Below, piece by piece: positions 1 through 9,031 of a stretch of 64,000 nt of DNA (the first letter of the stretch is position 1; each line of letters begins with the position of its first letter). The stretch is from Candidatus Binatus sp. (lineage in GTDB: Bacteria; Desulfobacterota; Binatia; Binatales; Binataceae). Under the pieces are notes generated by a model. It saw only the letters and a list, made by a program, of their open reading frames with translations, searched no databases and was not told where the DNA came from. Position numbers and translations under genes: made by a program. Where the stretch lies: assembly GCF_036567905.1 (NCBI RefSeq), contig NZ_DATCTO010000069.1, positions 27,899-91,898 of the forward strand, given 5' to 3'.

Positions 1-253
1 ATGCCGACTATCCGCGTGGCCATCAGAAGCACTACCTGAGAAAAGCTCTTTTGGAATCTTAATCACCTCGATTCAGCAAGCTCGGCGAGAGCAAATTCGC
101 AGCCGGCGGCCAGCGACCCGTGGTCGAAGCCGTCGGGGTTCAAGTCCGCCCTCACGCATGGCATCCACCGGCGCGCCTGCCGTATGATTGTCGCGCAATC
201 CGGCGGTCGTCGCGATCGATGCGCCGGCCGCATCGCGTTTTGGAGGAAGTTAG

Positions 254-652
254 ATGATGCAGCTGGTCGAGGTCCGTATGACGCGAACAGTAGTCACCGT
301 AGGACCGGCCGATACGCTCGCTGCCGCAGCATCCAAAATGGAGGCGGGACCATTTCGCCGGCTCCCGGTCGTCGAGGCAGATCAGCTCGTCGGAATCGTG
401 AGCGAATTTGACTTGAGACGCTACGCGGACGCGCTCGACTCGACGCTGGTCAAAACCGCGATGACGCGCCATCCGATCACCGTGAGGCCCTCGGAATCGC
501 TGGCATATGCGGCCACCCTGATGCGCCAGCACAAAGTCGGCGCGCTCCCCGTTATGTACCTGGGCAAACTCGTCGGCATCGTCGCGGCAAAGGACCTCAT
601 GATGCCCGAGCCGCGGCCGCTGCCCGAATGGGATCCGCGCAACCGGGGGTAG
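254..652 (+). CDS. CBS-domain pair protein
   Basis: The 132-aa product has two tandem CBS-like segments (hydrophobic-G-I-V-S/A-x-D-L patterns: LVGIVSEFDL, LVGIVAAKDL). Confidence 0.6.
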   Translation: MMQLVEVRMTRTVVTVGPADTLAAAASKMEAGPFRRLPVVEADQLVGIVSEFDLRRYADALDSTLVKTAMTRHPITVRPSESLAYAATLMRQHKVGALPVMYLGKLVGIVAAKDLMMPEPRPLPEWDPRNRG

Positions 653-826
653 AGCCAGTCTCGATATCGAGCGTCCCGAGCGGCGTGTCATTTTTGTGCC
701 GCCGCTGACACCGAATTGCCGCCGCCCGCCCGCTTAGTTCGCTTGCAGCAAGCCCATTCATCCACACCGCGCGGCACAAATCTTGAAACTGCGCTGCCAG
801 GTCAGTGAAGTGAGGAGGGGCAATCT

Positions 827-2899
827 GTGAGCGAAGACAAGCTTGCGAAACTCAGCACCGCGCGATTGGCTCGCGTCACCGAGGCCGCCGATGCAGACGA
901 CAGCTTTCGCGCGCTGCTCGAGTCGGCCCCGGACGCAATCGTGATTGCGGGCCCGGACGGCCGTATCACATTGGTCAATGCACAGACCGAAAAGCTCTTC
1001 GGATACGCGCGCGCCGAGTTACTCGGCAACACGGTCGAGATGCTGGTGCCGGCGCGTCTTCGCGGCCAGCATTCAGAGCATCGCGGCGCATACTTCACAA
1101 GCCCCAGAGAGCGTCCGATGCACTCCGGTCTGGAGCTTCGCGGTCGGCGCAAAGACGGCGCCGAGTTTCCGGTTGAGATCAGTTTGAGTCCGCTTGAAAC
1201 CGCGCAAGGCACGATCGTCTTCAGCGCGATCCGCGACATCACCGAGCGCAAGCGCGCCGAGGAAGAGGTTAATCGCGCGCGCGGAGTGCGTGACCTTGCG
1301 CTGGAAGCGGCCCGTTCACGATCGGATTTCCTGGCCAGCATGAGCCACGAGATTCGCACGCCACTGGCCGGAATCATCGGCGCGGGAGAGCTGCTGTCGC
1401 TTTCCGATTTGACTCCCGAGCAGCGCCGGCAAACTGAGATCATTCGGTCAAGCGGCGAGCTGCTGCTGACAACCGTCAACGACATACTCGACTTCTCGAA
1501 ACTCGCAGCCGGCCGGGTGGTGCTGGAGAAGCTCGACTTCGACCTGGTCGAGCTGACGGAAAGTCTAATCGATTCTTTCGCAGCCGCTGCGCGCGCCAAA
1601 GGAATCGAGCTTGCGCTGTATGTGGACGTAAACATGCCGAGCGGTTTGCGCGGGGATCCGAGCAGGCTGCGCCAGATTCTCAACAACCTGCTGTCGAACG
1701 CGATCAAGTTCACCCAGCAAGGCGAGGTGATGGTCCGGGCAAACAGGGTAGAAGACACGGCCGGCGATGTGCTGGTGCGCTTCGAGGTGATCGACACGGG
1801 GATTGGAATTCCATTGGCGATGCAGGGGTGCCTGTTTCAGCCGTTTGTTCAGGCGGAAAGGTCGACCAGCCGGCGCTTCGGCGGCACCGGACTCGGCCTG
1901 GTCATCGCGGCCGGACTGGTTGATCAAATGCGAGGCGAAATCGGATTTGAAAGCACGCCCGCAAAAGGATCGAACTTCCACTTCACCGCGCGACTCGAGA
2001 AGGGATTGGAAATTGTCCGTCCGTGGATGACCGCGACCGCCAGCTCATGCCTCAACAGCGTGCGCGCGCTGATCGTCACCGATAGTCCAGCCAGTCGTCA
2101 AGTTATTTCCGAGTACCTGTCGTCGTGGGGAATTGAGAACGCGGCGGTCGGCAGCGGGGCCGAAGCCCGGGATATCCTGAAGCCGGCGCGGGCCGGCGAC
2201 GGGAAACAAATCGTTGTGCTCATCGATGAACAGATTTCCGGCGTGGGCGCGCTCGGCCTCGCGCGTGCAATCAAGCGGCACCCCGATATCAAGCATGGCA
2301 AGGTGATCATGTTGAGCGCGCAAAGCGCCGCGAGCAATGCGACCGAAGTGGTGGATGCGTGGATTACCAAGCCGGTGCGTCCGTCGCACCTGTTCAGCTG
2401 TCTGCTCGAGCTATGCAGAAATGCCGACAGCGTCAACACCAGTACCATCGCGCCCGCGCCGCCGAGCCCGATTGACAATCATCCGCCGCATTGGCGTAAG
2501 GCGGTACGGGTGCTGTTGGTGGACGACAATCTGGTGAATCGAACTATGGGGGCGCAGCAGCTTTCCGTCCTCGGCTACACGGCGGAAATCGCCGACGGCG
2601 CGCAACGGGGGTTGGAGGTCATATCGAGCCGGCGCCCCGATATTGTCTTGATGGACTGCGAAATGCCCGAGATGGACGGCTACCAAGCGGTCGCGGAGAT
2701 TAGGCGGCGCGAAGGAAATACCCGGCACACGGTGGTAATCGCTCTTACTGCTCACGCGGCGCAACGCGATCGCGCCCGATGCCTCGACGCCGGGATGGAC
2801 GATTATCTGAGCAAACCGGTAAAGCTGAAATCGCTTGCAGAAATGCTGGACACCTGGGCACGCGGCAAGCTCGACCACATCCTCACTTCCAGGCAGTAG
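827..2899 (+). CDS. hybrid sensor histidine kinase/response regulator (PAS-HisKA-HATPase_c-REC-REC)
   Basis: GTG start preceded by a GAGGAGGGG RBS. PAS-like N-terminus, H-box SHEIRTPLAGIIG, G-box GTGLGLVI, then a degenerate receiver (LIVTDS...VLIDEQ) and a canonical receiver (LLVDDN...LMDCEMPEMDG...SKP). Confidence 0.85.
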   Translation: MSEDKLAKLSTARLARVTEAADADDSFRALLESAPDAIVIAGPDGRITLVNAQTEKLFGYARAELLGNTVEMLVPARLRGQHSEHRGAYFTSPRERPMHSGLELRGRRKDGAEFPVEISLSPLETAQGTIVFSAIRDITERKRAEEEVNRARGVRDLALEAARSRSDFLASMSHEIRTPLAGIIGAGELLSLSDLTPEQRRQTEIIRSSGELLLTTVNDILDFSKLAAGRVVLEKLDFDLVELTESLIDSFAAAARAKGIELALYVDVNMPSGLRGDPSRLRQILNNLLSNAIKFTQQGEVMVRANRVEDTAGDVLVRFEVIDTGIGIPLAMQGCLFQPFVQAERSTSRRFGGTGLGLVIAAGLVDQMRGEIGFESTPAKGSNFHFTARLEKGLEIVRPWMTATASSCLNSVRALIVTDSPASRQVISEYLSSWGIENAAVGSGAEARDILKPARAGDGKQIVVLIDEQISGVGALGLARAIKRHPDIKHGKVIMLSAQSAASNATEVVDAWITKPVRPSHLFSCLLELCRNADSVNTSTIAPAPPSPIDNHPPHWRKAVRVLLVDDNLVNRTMGAQQLSVLGYTAEIADGAQRGLEVISSRRPDIVLMDCEMPEMDGYQAVAEIRRREGNTRHTVVIALTAHAAQRDRARCLDAGMDDYLSKPVKLKSLAEMLDTWARGKLDHILTSRQ

Positions 2900-2975
2900 A
2901 TCACCGGACCACGCCTGCGAGGTGCTCGAGAGGCGCGATGGACGGGGCGAGTGACGGCGGGTAGAAGTAGCCGTC

Positions 2976-3854
2976 ATGGCGCTTGAATCGTCGATCGTCG
3001 GGAGCGCGGGTGGGCCAATGGTCAGCCGGATCGATTCGCGCTGGACGATGGCCCATGCCGCCGCGCTTGGCGATGCGATGGCCTGCTACATGGACACCAA
3101 TCGCGCAGTGATTGCGCATCCGATGTTCCCGGTCTGCTTCGAATGGCCGGTGCAGGTCGCGATGCGCGCGCAGTTCGAGAAATCCTCCACGCTCACGCAC
3201 GACGAGGCGATGCGCGCCGTGCACGCGACGCATGACACGGTGCTATATCGCACGATTCGGCCGCCCGAGCGGCTGACGACCCAGCTCACGGTCGCGGGAG
3301 TCCAGCGGCTCAAGCCCGGCGCATACATGGTCACGCGCCTCGATACCGTAGATGGCGCAGGCAAGCCGGTTTGCACGAGCTGGTATGGCACGCTTTATCG
3401 CGGAGTCGAGGTCAAGGGGCCTGATCTTCCGCCGACCCATCCGCCCGCGCCGATGCAACCGATCGTCGAGCAAGGCGCGCCGCGTTTGGAGTGCCGGGTC
3501 GATGTGCCGGGAGGCATGGCGCACATCTACACGGAGTGCGCGCGAATCTTCAATCCGATACACACCGACGCATCGGTGGCGCGCGCCGCCGGGCTGCCCT
3601 CGATCATCCTGCACGGGACCGCGACGCTCGCGATGGCAGTGTCGCGAATAATCGAGAGCGAAGCGGGCAACGATCCTGCGCGAATTGAAAGAGTCGCGGG
3701 CCGTTTCGGCGCGATGGTGACGATGCCCTCGACCCTGACCGTGCGCGTGCTGGGGCGTGATGACAGCGCGGCTGGGGTAGCCGTCTTCTTCGAGACGTTG
3801 AGCGGCGAAGGCGGGCTTGCGATCCGCGAGGGCGTTGTGGTGCTGCGGGCGTAG
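2976..3854 (+). CDS. MaoC-like (double hotdog) dehydratase family protein
   Basis: The C-terminal half carries the MaoC dehydratase signature (FNPIHTDASVARAAGLPSIILHGTATLA). The N-terminal half looks like a second, degenerate hotdog. Identification rests on motifs only. Confidence 0.5.
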   Translation: MALESSIVGSAGGPMVSRIDSRWTMAHAAALGDAMACYMDTNRAVIAHPMFPVCFEWPVQVAMRAQFEKSSTLTHDEAMRAVHATHDTVLYRTIRPPERLTTQLTVAGVQRLKPGAYMVTRLDTVDGAGKPVCTSWYGTLYRGVEVKGPDLPPTHPPAPMQPIVEQGAPRLECRVDVPGGMAHIYTECARIFNPIHTDASVARAAGLPSIILHGTATLAMAVSRIIESEAGNDPARIERVAGRFGAMVTMPSTLTVRVLGRDDSAAGVAVFFETLSGEGGLAIREGVVVLRA

Positions 3855-3870
3855 CTCGCGACGAGTCCCG

Positions 3871-5112
3871 CTATTCAAATTGTTCGTCGGAGGGTTTGAC
3901 GGCGCGGAACTGAATCAGCAGCGCGATGTCGTAAATCGTTTTGAGCACGCCCGCGCAAATCAGCGGCCATCCAAACGACGACTGATTCAGCATCGCGCCC
4001 GCCGGCAACGGCGCCATCGCCGCTGCCAGGCTGCGCGGCACATTGGTAACTGTCGCCGCGGCGGCGCGCTCCTCGGGCGGCACCACCGCCATCACATACG
4101 ACTGGCGCGCGGGCACGTCCATCTGCGAGGTCGAAAAGCGCAGCAGCAGAAATGTCATCGCCAGCCCCGGGGTCGGCATCAGCGCCGCGATGATCAGCAT
4201 GGCGTTCGACGGCAGATGGCTGAACACCATCGTGTTGATCCGGCCGAACCGCGCCGCAAGCGCCGACGAAATGAACTGTGAGAACGAGCCAAGCAGTCCG
4301 GCGGCGAAGAAAAACGTGCCCGCCGCTTGAACCGAGAGGTTGAACCGGCGAAACAGCCACAGCGCCAGAATTGACTGAATTACGAATCCGCCGCCGAGCG
4401 AGTCGAGACTGAACAGCGCCGAAAGCCGCAGCACGATTGCCCGCGACTTCGCCAGCGGCGCGGACTTGGCTGGTTGCCGCTCGACTTCGATGGCCGGGGA
4501 GAGACGCCGGTAAACCGCGAACGCAATCACCGCGATGATCGAGTACGCGACAAAGCCCGAGCGCAGCGCCGGCGCCAGCGCCCATCCATGGCGCGCCGCG
4601 AGTATCGCCGGCACGCCACTGGCGAGCGCGCCAAACGCACCAGCCGTCGCGCCCGCAACGTTGTACAGCGCGAACATCGCGGTCAGATCGCGAGGTTGTG
4701 CGGCCTCGGCCAACGCCGCTTGCTCGACCGGCAGAAACAGGCTGACGTCGCCGGCCGATGGATTCAGCGTGCCGACGACTGCCACCACGAACAGCAGCCA
4801 GAAACTGGTGGTGGTGGCGAATCCAATTCCCGTCGCCAGCATCAGCGCGCACGCCGCAAGCAGGACTCGGCGCCGGCCCAGCCGATCGGTGGCCAGTCCC
4901 ACCCATAGCGTCAGCGCCGCCGAGCCGAGCAGCGTGCCGAACACGATTGCGCCGACACGCAGTGGATTGAATCCGATCGCGGTCAGGTAGCTCGGCAACA
5001 ATATGCTGACTGCCCCGTCGGCAAGGCCGCGGAGCGCGCGTGTCGTCAGCAGCAGCTTGGCATCGGTCGTAGCGCTGCGCGGGAACCATCGATTGATCGG
5101 ACTCGCCATCAT
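3871..5112 (-). CDS. MFS transporter
   Basis: Multi-TM hydrophobic protein with the MFS loop motif (ATDRLGRRRVLL) and about 12 predicted helices. Start reassigned to the internal MMASPINRW ATG at 5112. Confidence 0.75.
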   Translation of the reverse strand: MMASPINRWFPRSATTDAKLLLTTRALRGLADGAVSILLPSYLTAIGFNPLRVGAIVFGTLLGSAALTLWVGLATDRLGRRRVLLAACALMLATGIGFATTTSFWLLFVVAVVGTLNPSAGDVSLFLPVEQAALAEAAQPRDLTAMFALYNVAGATAGAFGALASGVPAILAARHGWALAPALRSGFVAYSIIAVIAFAVYRRLSPAIEVERQPAKSAPLAKSRAIVLRLSALFSLDSLGGGFVIQSILALWLFRRFNLSVQAAGTFFFAAGLLGSFSQFISSALAARFGRINTMVFSHLPSNAMLIIAALMPTPGLAMTFLLLRFSTSQMDVPARQSYVMAVVPPEERAAAATVTNVPRSLAAAMAPLPAGAMLNQSSFGWPLICAGVLKTIYDIALLIQFRAVKPSDEQFE

Positions 5113-5414
5113 GTTGCAAGGCGCAGGTCTATAAGGCTCGCGCCGCCGAGGAAAGATAGCATAACGCGCTGTCCGCCGATTTGCTCGTTGTGGCATACTC
5201 GTGGCCTCTGCGCGCGTTTTGGAGGAGCAACTGTCCCCGGCCATTCGAAAGGAAAGCTTGATGCGCGTCGAAATCAGCGATGGCGTCGTATGGGGCGAGC
5301 TCGTGGATCAGCTGGTCGAAAAGAGACTCGTGCAACTGATCGCCAAGCCTAAAGGTGATTTGCGGTGAGGCCAAAGCTGGAGCCATCGGACCGTCACCGC
5401 GGCGCTTCGATTAG

Positions 5415-7364
5415 ATGAGCGGCATCGCGGTCCTCTATCAGTGGGACGGGGCTCCAGCCGACCGCTCGACTGTCGAGCGGATGATCGCCATCGTCCCCTA
5501 CCGCTCGGTTGACGGCTTCGGCGTGTGGGGCAACGGCCCGGTCGCGATTGGCCATGCAAAGCTCCAGACCACGCCCGAAGCTTCGGCCGAGACCAGCCCG
5601 TTCGTGGACGAAACCAGCGGACTCGTTCTATCGATGGACGGGCGAGTGGATAATCGCGACGAACTGACGGCGGAGTTGAATTCTCGAGGTCATCGTGTTC
5701 GCACCGGCACGGACGCCGAGATCGTGCTTCGCGCCTGGCAGTGTTGGGGTACGGAGGCGCCGGCAAGGCTGATCGGCGATTTCGCGCTCGCCTTATGGGA
5801 CCCATCGAAGCGGACGCTCTTTTGTGCCCGGGATCCTTTGGGAGTGAAAAGCTTCTATTACTTTAGTGGCCCAGGATTCTTTCTGTGCGCCTCGGAGCTT
5901 CATCAACTGTTCCAGGATCCGAGGATCGTACGAAGACCGAACGAGCCTGCTATAGCCGACATTCTGGTAAGAATGCCCGCAAATCGCCAGGAGACTCTCT
6001 TCGAGGGCATTGTCCGCCTCGAACCGGCGCATTATCTCAGCGTGAGCGCGCGGGGCGTGGAAAGCCGGCGCTATTACGATCTGGACCCCTCGCGGGAGAT
6101 CACCTATCGGACCGATGAGGAATACGGTTCGCACTTTCTCTCGCTGTTCAAGGAGGCGGTGCGATGCCGGCTTCGGAGCAACAAAGGAGTGGCGTCGGAC
6201 CTGAGTGGCGGGCTGGATTCGGGATCGATTGTCTGTTTGACCGAACAACTACGCCGCGACGGCGAGGTCCACGTCCCGAGTTTTGAGACCTTTTCAGTTC
6301 GCTTCGAGACCGGACCCGGCGCCGAGGCTGAGTACGTCGAAGAGGTCTTGCGCAAGTACCCTCATCGCCACACCTATCTTCCTTCAGGCGTGGCCCCGCT
6401 CACCGAACTTATTCGGCAAGTTGCGCACTACCTGGACCTGCCCGACTATCCCAACTCGGCGCTAGCCGATTACGCGCCACTCCTGGGCAAGCGCAATGAC
6501 CTGGGAGTCCGGCTGACCGGAGTGGGTGGCGACGAATGGCTTTCCGGAACGTCGCTGGTATATGCAGACTTGATCAGGCAGCTGCGGATTGCGGCGCTGT
6601 TGGAGACGCTGCGGATTAATCGAAACTTTTCCGGCGGGTACCCTGCCCATCCGGGCTACGCCAGGACTCTTTGGCGGTATGGAGTCTGGCCGCTCCTGCC
6701 CGAGAGCCTCAAGTCCGTGATCGATCGATGGCGGAGTCCTCCGCAGCCGACCGCTACGGTGTCGCGCGCGTTCGCGGCCAGGACGAGGCTATCGGAGCGG
6801 CTGTCCACGCGATTGCCGTTGCCCCGATGCCGCAGCTTTGCACAGCAGGCCGTGTACGGGGTTTACTCGTCCGGATTTCTCGCCTACGCGCTGGAGATCG
6901 ACGCACGCTGGACAGCGCGTTTTCGACTCGAGGGGCGCCAGCCGTTGCTGGACCGCCGCGTGCTGGAGTTTGCCTTCGCCATACCGGATAACCAACGTTT
7001 CAGGCCCGGCGTCAGCAAGTTCGTGATGCGCGAAGCGATGCGCGGAATCCTACCGGAGCGGGTGCGACTGCGGCCTGACAAGGCCGACCCGACCGAGGCA
7101 TACGCAACCGCGCTAATTGCGCTTGGTGGAGAGCGGCTGTTCGATCGCCTCAACGTCGTCGAAAACGGATGGGTGGACGGGGAAGCGGTTCTAAGCCTGT
7201 ACCGCTCGATGGCTGCCAAGTTTTCGCGCGGCGACCCCTCTTACATGAAGAATGTATGCGATCTATGGATGGTACTTGCGGTCGAACTGTGGCTCGATGT
7301 GGTGTTTCTCGGTATCAGCGACCCGCTCAAGCACGTGACCGAAGCCGAGCAAGCGGCTTTGTGA
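5415..7364 (+). CDS. asparagine synthetase (AsnB) family protein; candidate lasso-peptide macrolactam synthetase (C protein)
   Basis: N-terminal Ntn-glutaminase-like domain aligns with AsnB (DGRVDNRDEL, TDAEIVL, GDFALALWD, ARDPLGVKSFYY), but residue 2 is Ser rather than the catalytic Cys (MSGIAV, not MCGI). The PP-loop SGGLDSGSIV is present. A lasso-type precursor ORF follows immediately. Confidence 0.8.
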   Translation: MSGIAVLYQWDGAPADRSTVERMIAIVPYRSVDGFGVWGNGPVAIGHAKLQTTPEASAETSPFVDETSGLVLSMDGRVDNRDELTAELNSRGHRVRTGTDAEIVLRAWQCWGTEAPARLIGDFALALWDPSKRTLFCARDPLGVKSFYYFSGPGFFLCASELHQLFQDPRIVRRPNEPAIADILVRMPANRQETLFEGIVRLEPAHYLSVSARGVESRRYYDLDPSREITYRTDEEYGSHFLSLFKEAVRCRLRSNKGVASDLSGGLDSGSIVCLTEQLRRDGEVHVPSFETFSVRFETGPGAEAEYVEEVLRKYPHRHTYLPSGVAPLTELIRQVAHYLDLPDYPNSALADYAPLLGKRNDLGVRLTGVGGDEWLSGTSLVYADLIRQLRIAALLETLRINRNFSGGYPAHPGYARTLWRYGVWPLLPESLKSVIDRWRSPPQPTATVSRAFAARTRLSERLSTRLPLPRCRSFAQQAVYGVYSSGFLAYALEIDARWTARFRLEGRQPLLDRRVLEFAFAIPDNQRFRPGVSKFVMREAMRGILPERVRLRPDKADPTEAYATALIALGGERLFDRLNVVENGWVDGEAVLSLYRSMAAKFSRGDPSYMKNVCDLWMVLAVELWLDVVFLGISDPLKHVTEAEQAAL

Positions 7365-7388
7365 CGCATTAGTCACAATACCTGTTTC

Positions 7389-7418
7389 TTGACATACAAT
7401 TACGGGTCTTGCTATGTT
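7389..7418 (+). promoter_or_regulatory. candidate sigma70 promoter for the precursor peptide gene (TTGACA-N18-TATGTT)
   Basis: TTGACA lies at 7389-7394 and TATGTT at 7413-7418, about 27 nt upstream of the 7445 ATG. A GGGAGTGG RBS sits between them. The palindrome GTGAC-N6-GTCAC (7359-7374) overlaps the asnB-like stop just upstream. Confidence 0.4.
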
Positions 7419-7444
7419 GATTTCGCTGGATTCGGGAGTGGAAA

Positions 7445-7609
7445 ATGACCAAAAGTAGGGAACAACCGGCGAAAAAGAAAGAAGAGCGAGCAAAGCGACG
7501 CTATGCTCGTCCTCGTCTGATAAAATACGGCAGCGTTTCCAAGCTCACCGCCTCCGGCGGTTCCGCACTTCCGGTTGACGGCTCGAGCATCAGGAAGCCC
7601 GGGCCCTGA
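7445..7609 (+). CDS. lasso peptide precursor (A peptide), 54 aa: leader MTKSREQPAKKKEERAKRRYARPRLIKYGSVSKLTA, core SGGSALPVDGSSIRKPGP
   Basis: Hand-translated small ORF that is absent from the ORF track (<60 aa), with a GGGAGTGG RBS 5-6 nt upstream. The leader matches the YxxPxLxxxGxxxxxTx RRE-recognition motif exactly (Y-17, P-14, L-12, G-8, T-2). Core residue 1 is Ser and Asp is at core position 9, implying a 9-membered ring. It sits directly 3' of the AsnB-like gene. Confidence 0.65.
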   Translation: MTKSREQPAKKKEERAKRRYARPRLIKYGSVSKLTASGGSALPVDGSSIRKPGP

Positions 7610-7779
7610 CTCCCAGCTCCGTGGAAGTTCAGATCCGTAAAGAGCTTCCGGAGCCCCCGCATCATCAATGATGTGGTGATTCCGAAATGTAGTGAGTCCG
7701 ACAATTCCGGGAGTAGAGTAGGATTCGCCTTCAAGGGGTACCGCGCCGAGCGAGTCTCCACTGGGAACACGCTGAGCGG

Positions 7780-8784
7780 GTGCGCTGCGTAGCCGACTTG
7801 AGCAAACCGAGGATCCGAAACTTCCATAGCCAAGCCTACGGGCTGCAAATCGTTACCGACATCCCGCTTCCGGAGCTTCCGCCACTTCGGAGGTCGCCGA
7901 TCAGGTCGGCGGTTCGCGCGACTCTCGGCGGGCGCTTTCAGCGCATCGGGCTCAATCCCCAATGGTACCTGCGTTCGCGGCTTCCAGGCGGCCGGACTTG
8001 GCTGCGCTGCGGCAAGACCGCGGGCGGTTATGTACTTTCCTTTGCTGATATCGCCGACTTTGTCGTTGACGGCTCCGGAAGCCAGGTAGTCTGCTGCAAC
8101 GCCGGCAGCGACGTTAGTCTGGAGACCGTCCGTCATCTGCTGATCGACCAGGTGCTTGCGCTGATTGTAAACCTGCGCGGGCGCGACGCCCTGCACGCTA
8201 CCGCCGTCGCGACGCACAGGGGAGTTTGCGCATTCACGGGGCCTGCCGGGTCGGGCAAATCGACGCTCGCCGCGAGCTTTGTCCTGTCGGGCTATCCGCT
8301 GGTCTGCGATGATTGCCTGGCGGTTGCCGAGCGCAAGACAATTATGGCGCTCCCGGGGTATCCGGGCTTGCGGCTGTGGGACGATTCGATACGGGCGCTT
8401 GGCGCAAGTTCACGCAATCTGAAGCCGGTTGCGCACTATACGACGAAATCGCGCTGGCAAGACCATTCTCGACGCGCCGACTTCTGCTCGACGCCGCGCC
8501 GGCTCGCGCGCATCTATTTGCTCAAGCGCGCGCGCTCGAGCAAACACTCAGACCGCGTCCTCATCCAGGAACTCGCTCCCGCCGACGCGCTGATGGGCCT
8601 GGTCAAGGCGGCCTACCGGCTCGACATCACCGACCGCGCGATGCTGACGCGTCAGTTCCAGTTCCTCTCCCGCGTTGCCGAGCGCGTCGCGGTCAAACGC
8701 CTCATCGTGCCCAACGAATTTTCCGCACTCGCCGATGTAAGAGAAGCCGTCCTGCGCGACTTAAGCGAAGGACCGGCCGCTTGA
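7780..8784 (+). CDS. HPr kinase/phosphorylase-like (HprK-related) kinase
   Basis: Walker A GPAGSGKST followed about 12 aa later by LVCDDC, matching the HPrK/P G-x-S-G-x-GKS ... LVADD arrangement. Proteins of this type are known tailoring kinases in lasso clusters. The exact start is uncertain. Confidence 0.65.
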   Translation: MRCVADLSKPRIRNFHSQAYGLQIVTDIPLPELPPLRRSPIRSAVRATLGGRFQRIGLNPQWYLRSRLPGGRTWLRCGKTAGGYVLSFADIADFVVDGSGSQVVCCNAGSDVSLETVRHLLIDQVLALIVNLRGRDALHATAVATHRGVCAFTGPAGSGKSTLAASFVLSGYPLVCDDCLAVAERKTIMALPGYPGLRLWDDSIRALGASSRNLKPVAHYTTKSRWQDHSRRADFCSTPRRLARIYLLKRARSSKHSDRVLIQELAPADALMGLVKAAYRLDITDRAMLTRQFQFLSRVAERVAVKRLIVPNEFSALADVREAVLRDLSEGPAA

Positions 8785-8955
8785 CCACGACACCGCGCGG
8801 AGTGATTTGTGCGCGTTACCTTGCGCAAGACAGTGGCGCGGCGGACGACACATCCGCCTTAGAATTCACAGTGAACAGAGGATTGCCGCCTTCAATACGG
8901 TAATCGCTGGAGCCGAGGCGAGTCTTCGGTGGCGGCGATCAGAACCCTCGCCGGC

Positions 8956-8984
8956 CCTCCGCGGATTGCGTGAATCCGCGGAGG
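8956..8984. terminator. perfect 12-bp-stem hairpin between convergent genes (putative bidirectional terminator)
   Basis: CCTCCGCGGATT-gcgtg-AATCCGCGGAGG lies between the kinase gene stop (8784, + strand) and the beta-helix gene stop (9032, - strand). No clear U-tract. Confidence 0.4.
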
Positions 8985-9031
8985 TCACCGGCAAAACGAG
9001 GAAGAACCAAGCTTATACTTCACCGCACTTA

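Noticed and set aside
152-691. 179-aa minus-strand ORF overlapping the CBS-domain gene
   Set aside because: Arg/His-rich, antisense to a gene with clear domain signatures. Typical GC-driven artefact.
3875-5119. 414-aa Arg/Gly-rich ORF in an alternative frame of the MFS transporter gene
   Set aside because: Low-complexity RGR composition, whereas the overlapping MFS frame has coherent TM helices.
5129-5386. 85-aa minus-strand ORF and a 35-aa plus-strand ORF (5261-5368, RBS-like GAAAGGAAAG) just upstream of the AsnB-like gene, examined as possible B1/RRE or second precursor
   Set aside because: Neither shows a PqqD-like motif or a lasso leader/core pattern. Codon-position GC cannot discriminate them. 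Left unannotated.
7501-8217. 238-aa minus-strand ORF spanning the precursor and kinase genes
   Set aside because: Antisense to two features that each have strong independent support.
8313-8903. 196-aa Arg-rich ORF in an alternative frame of the HprK-like gene
   Set aside because: Low-complexity composition. The kinase frame has Walker A/LVxDD motifs.
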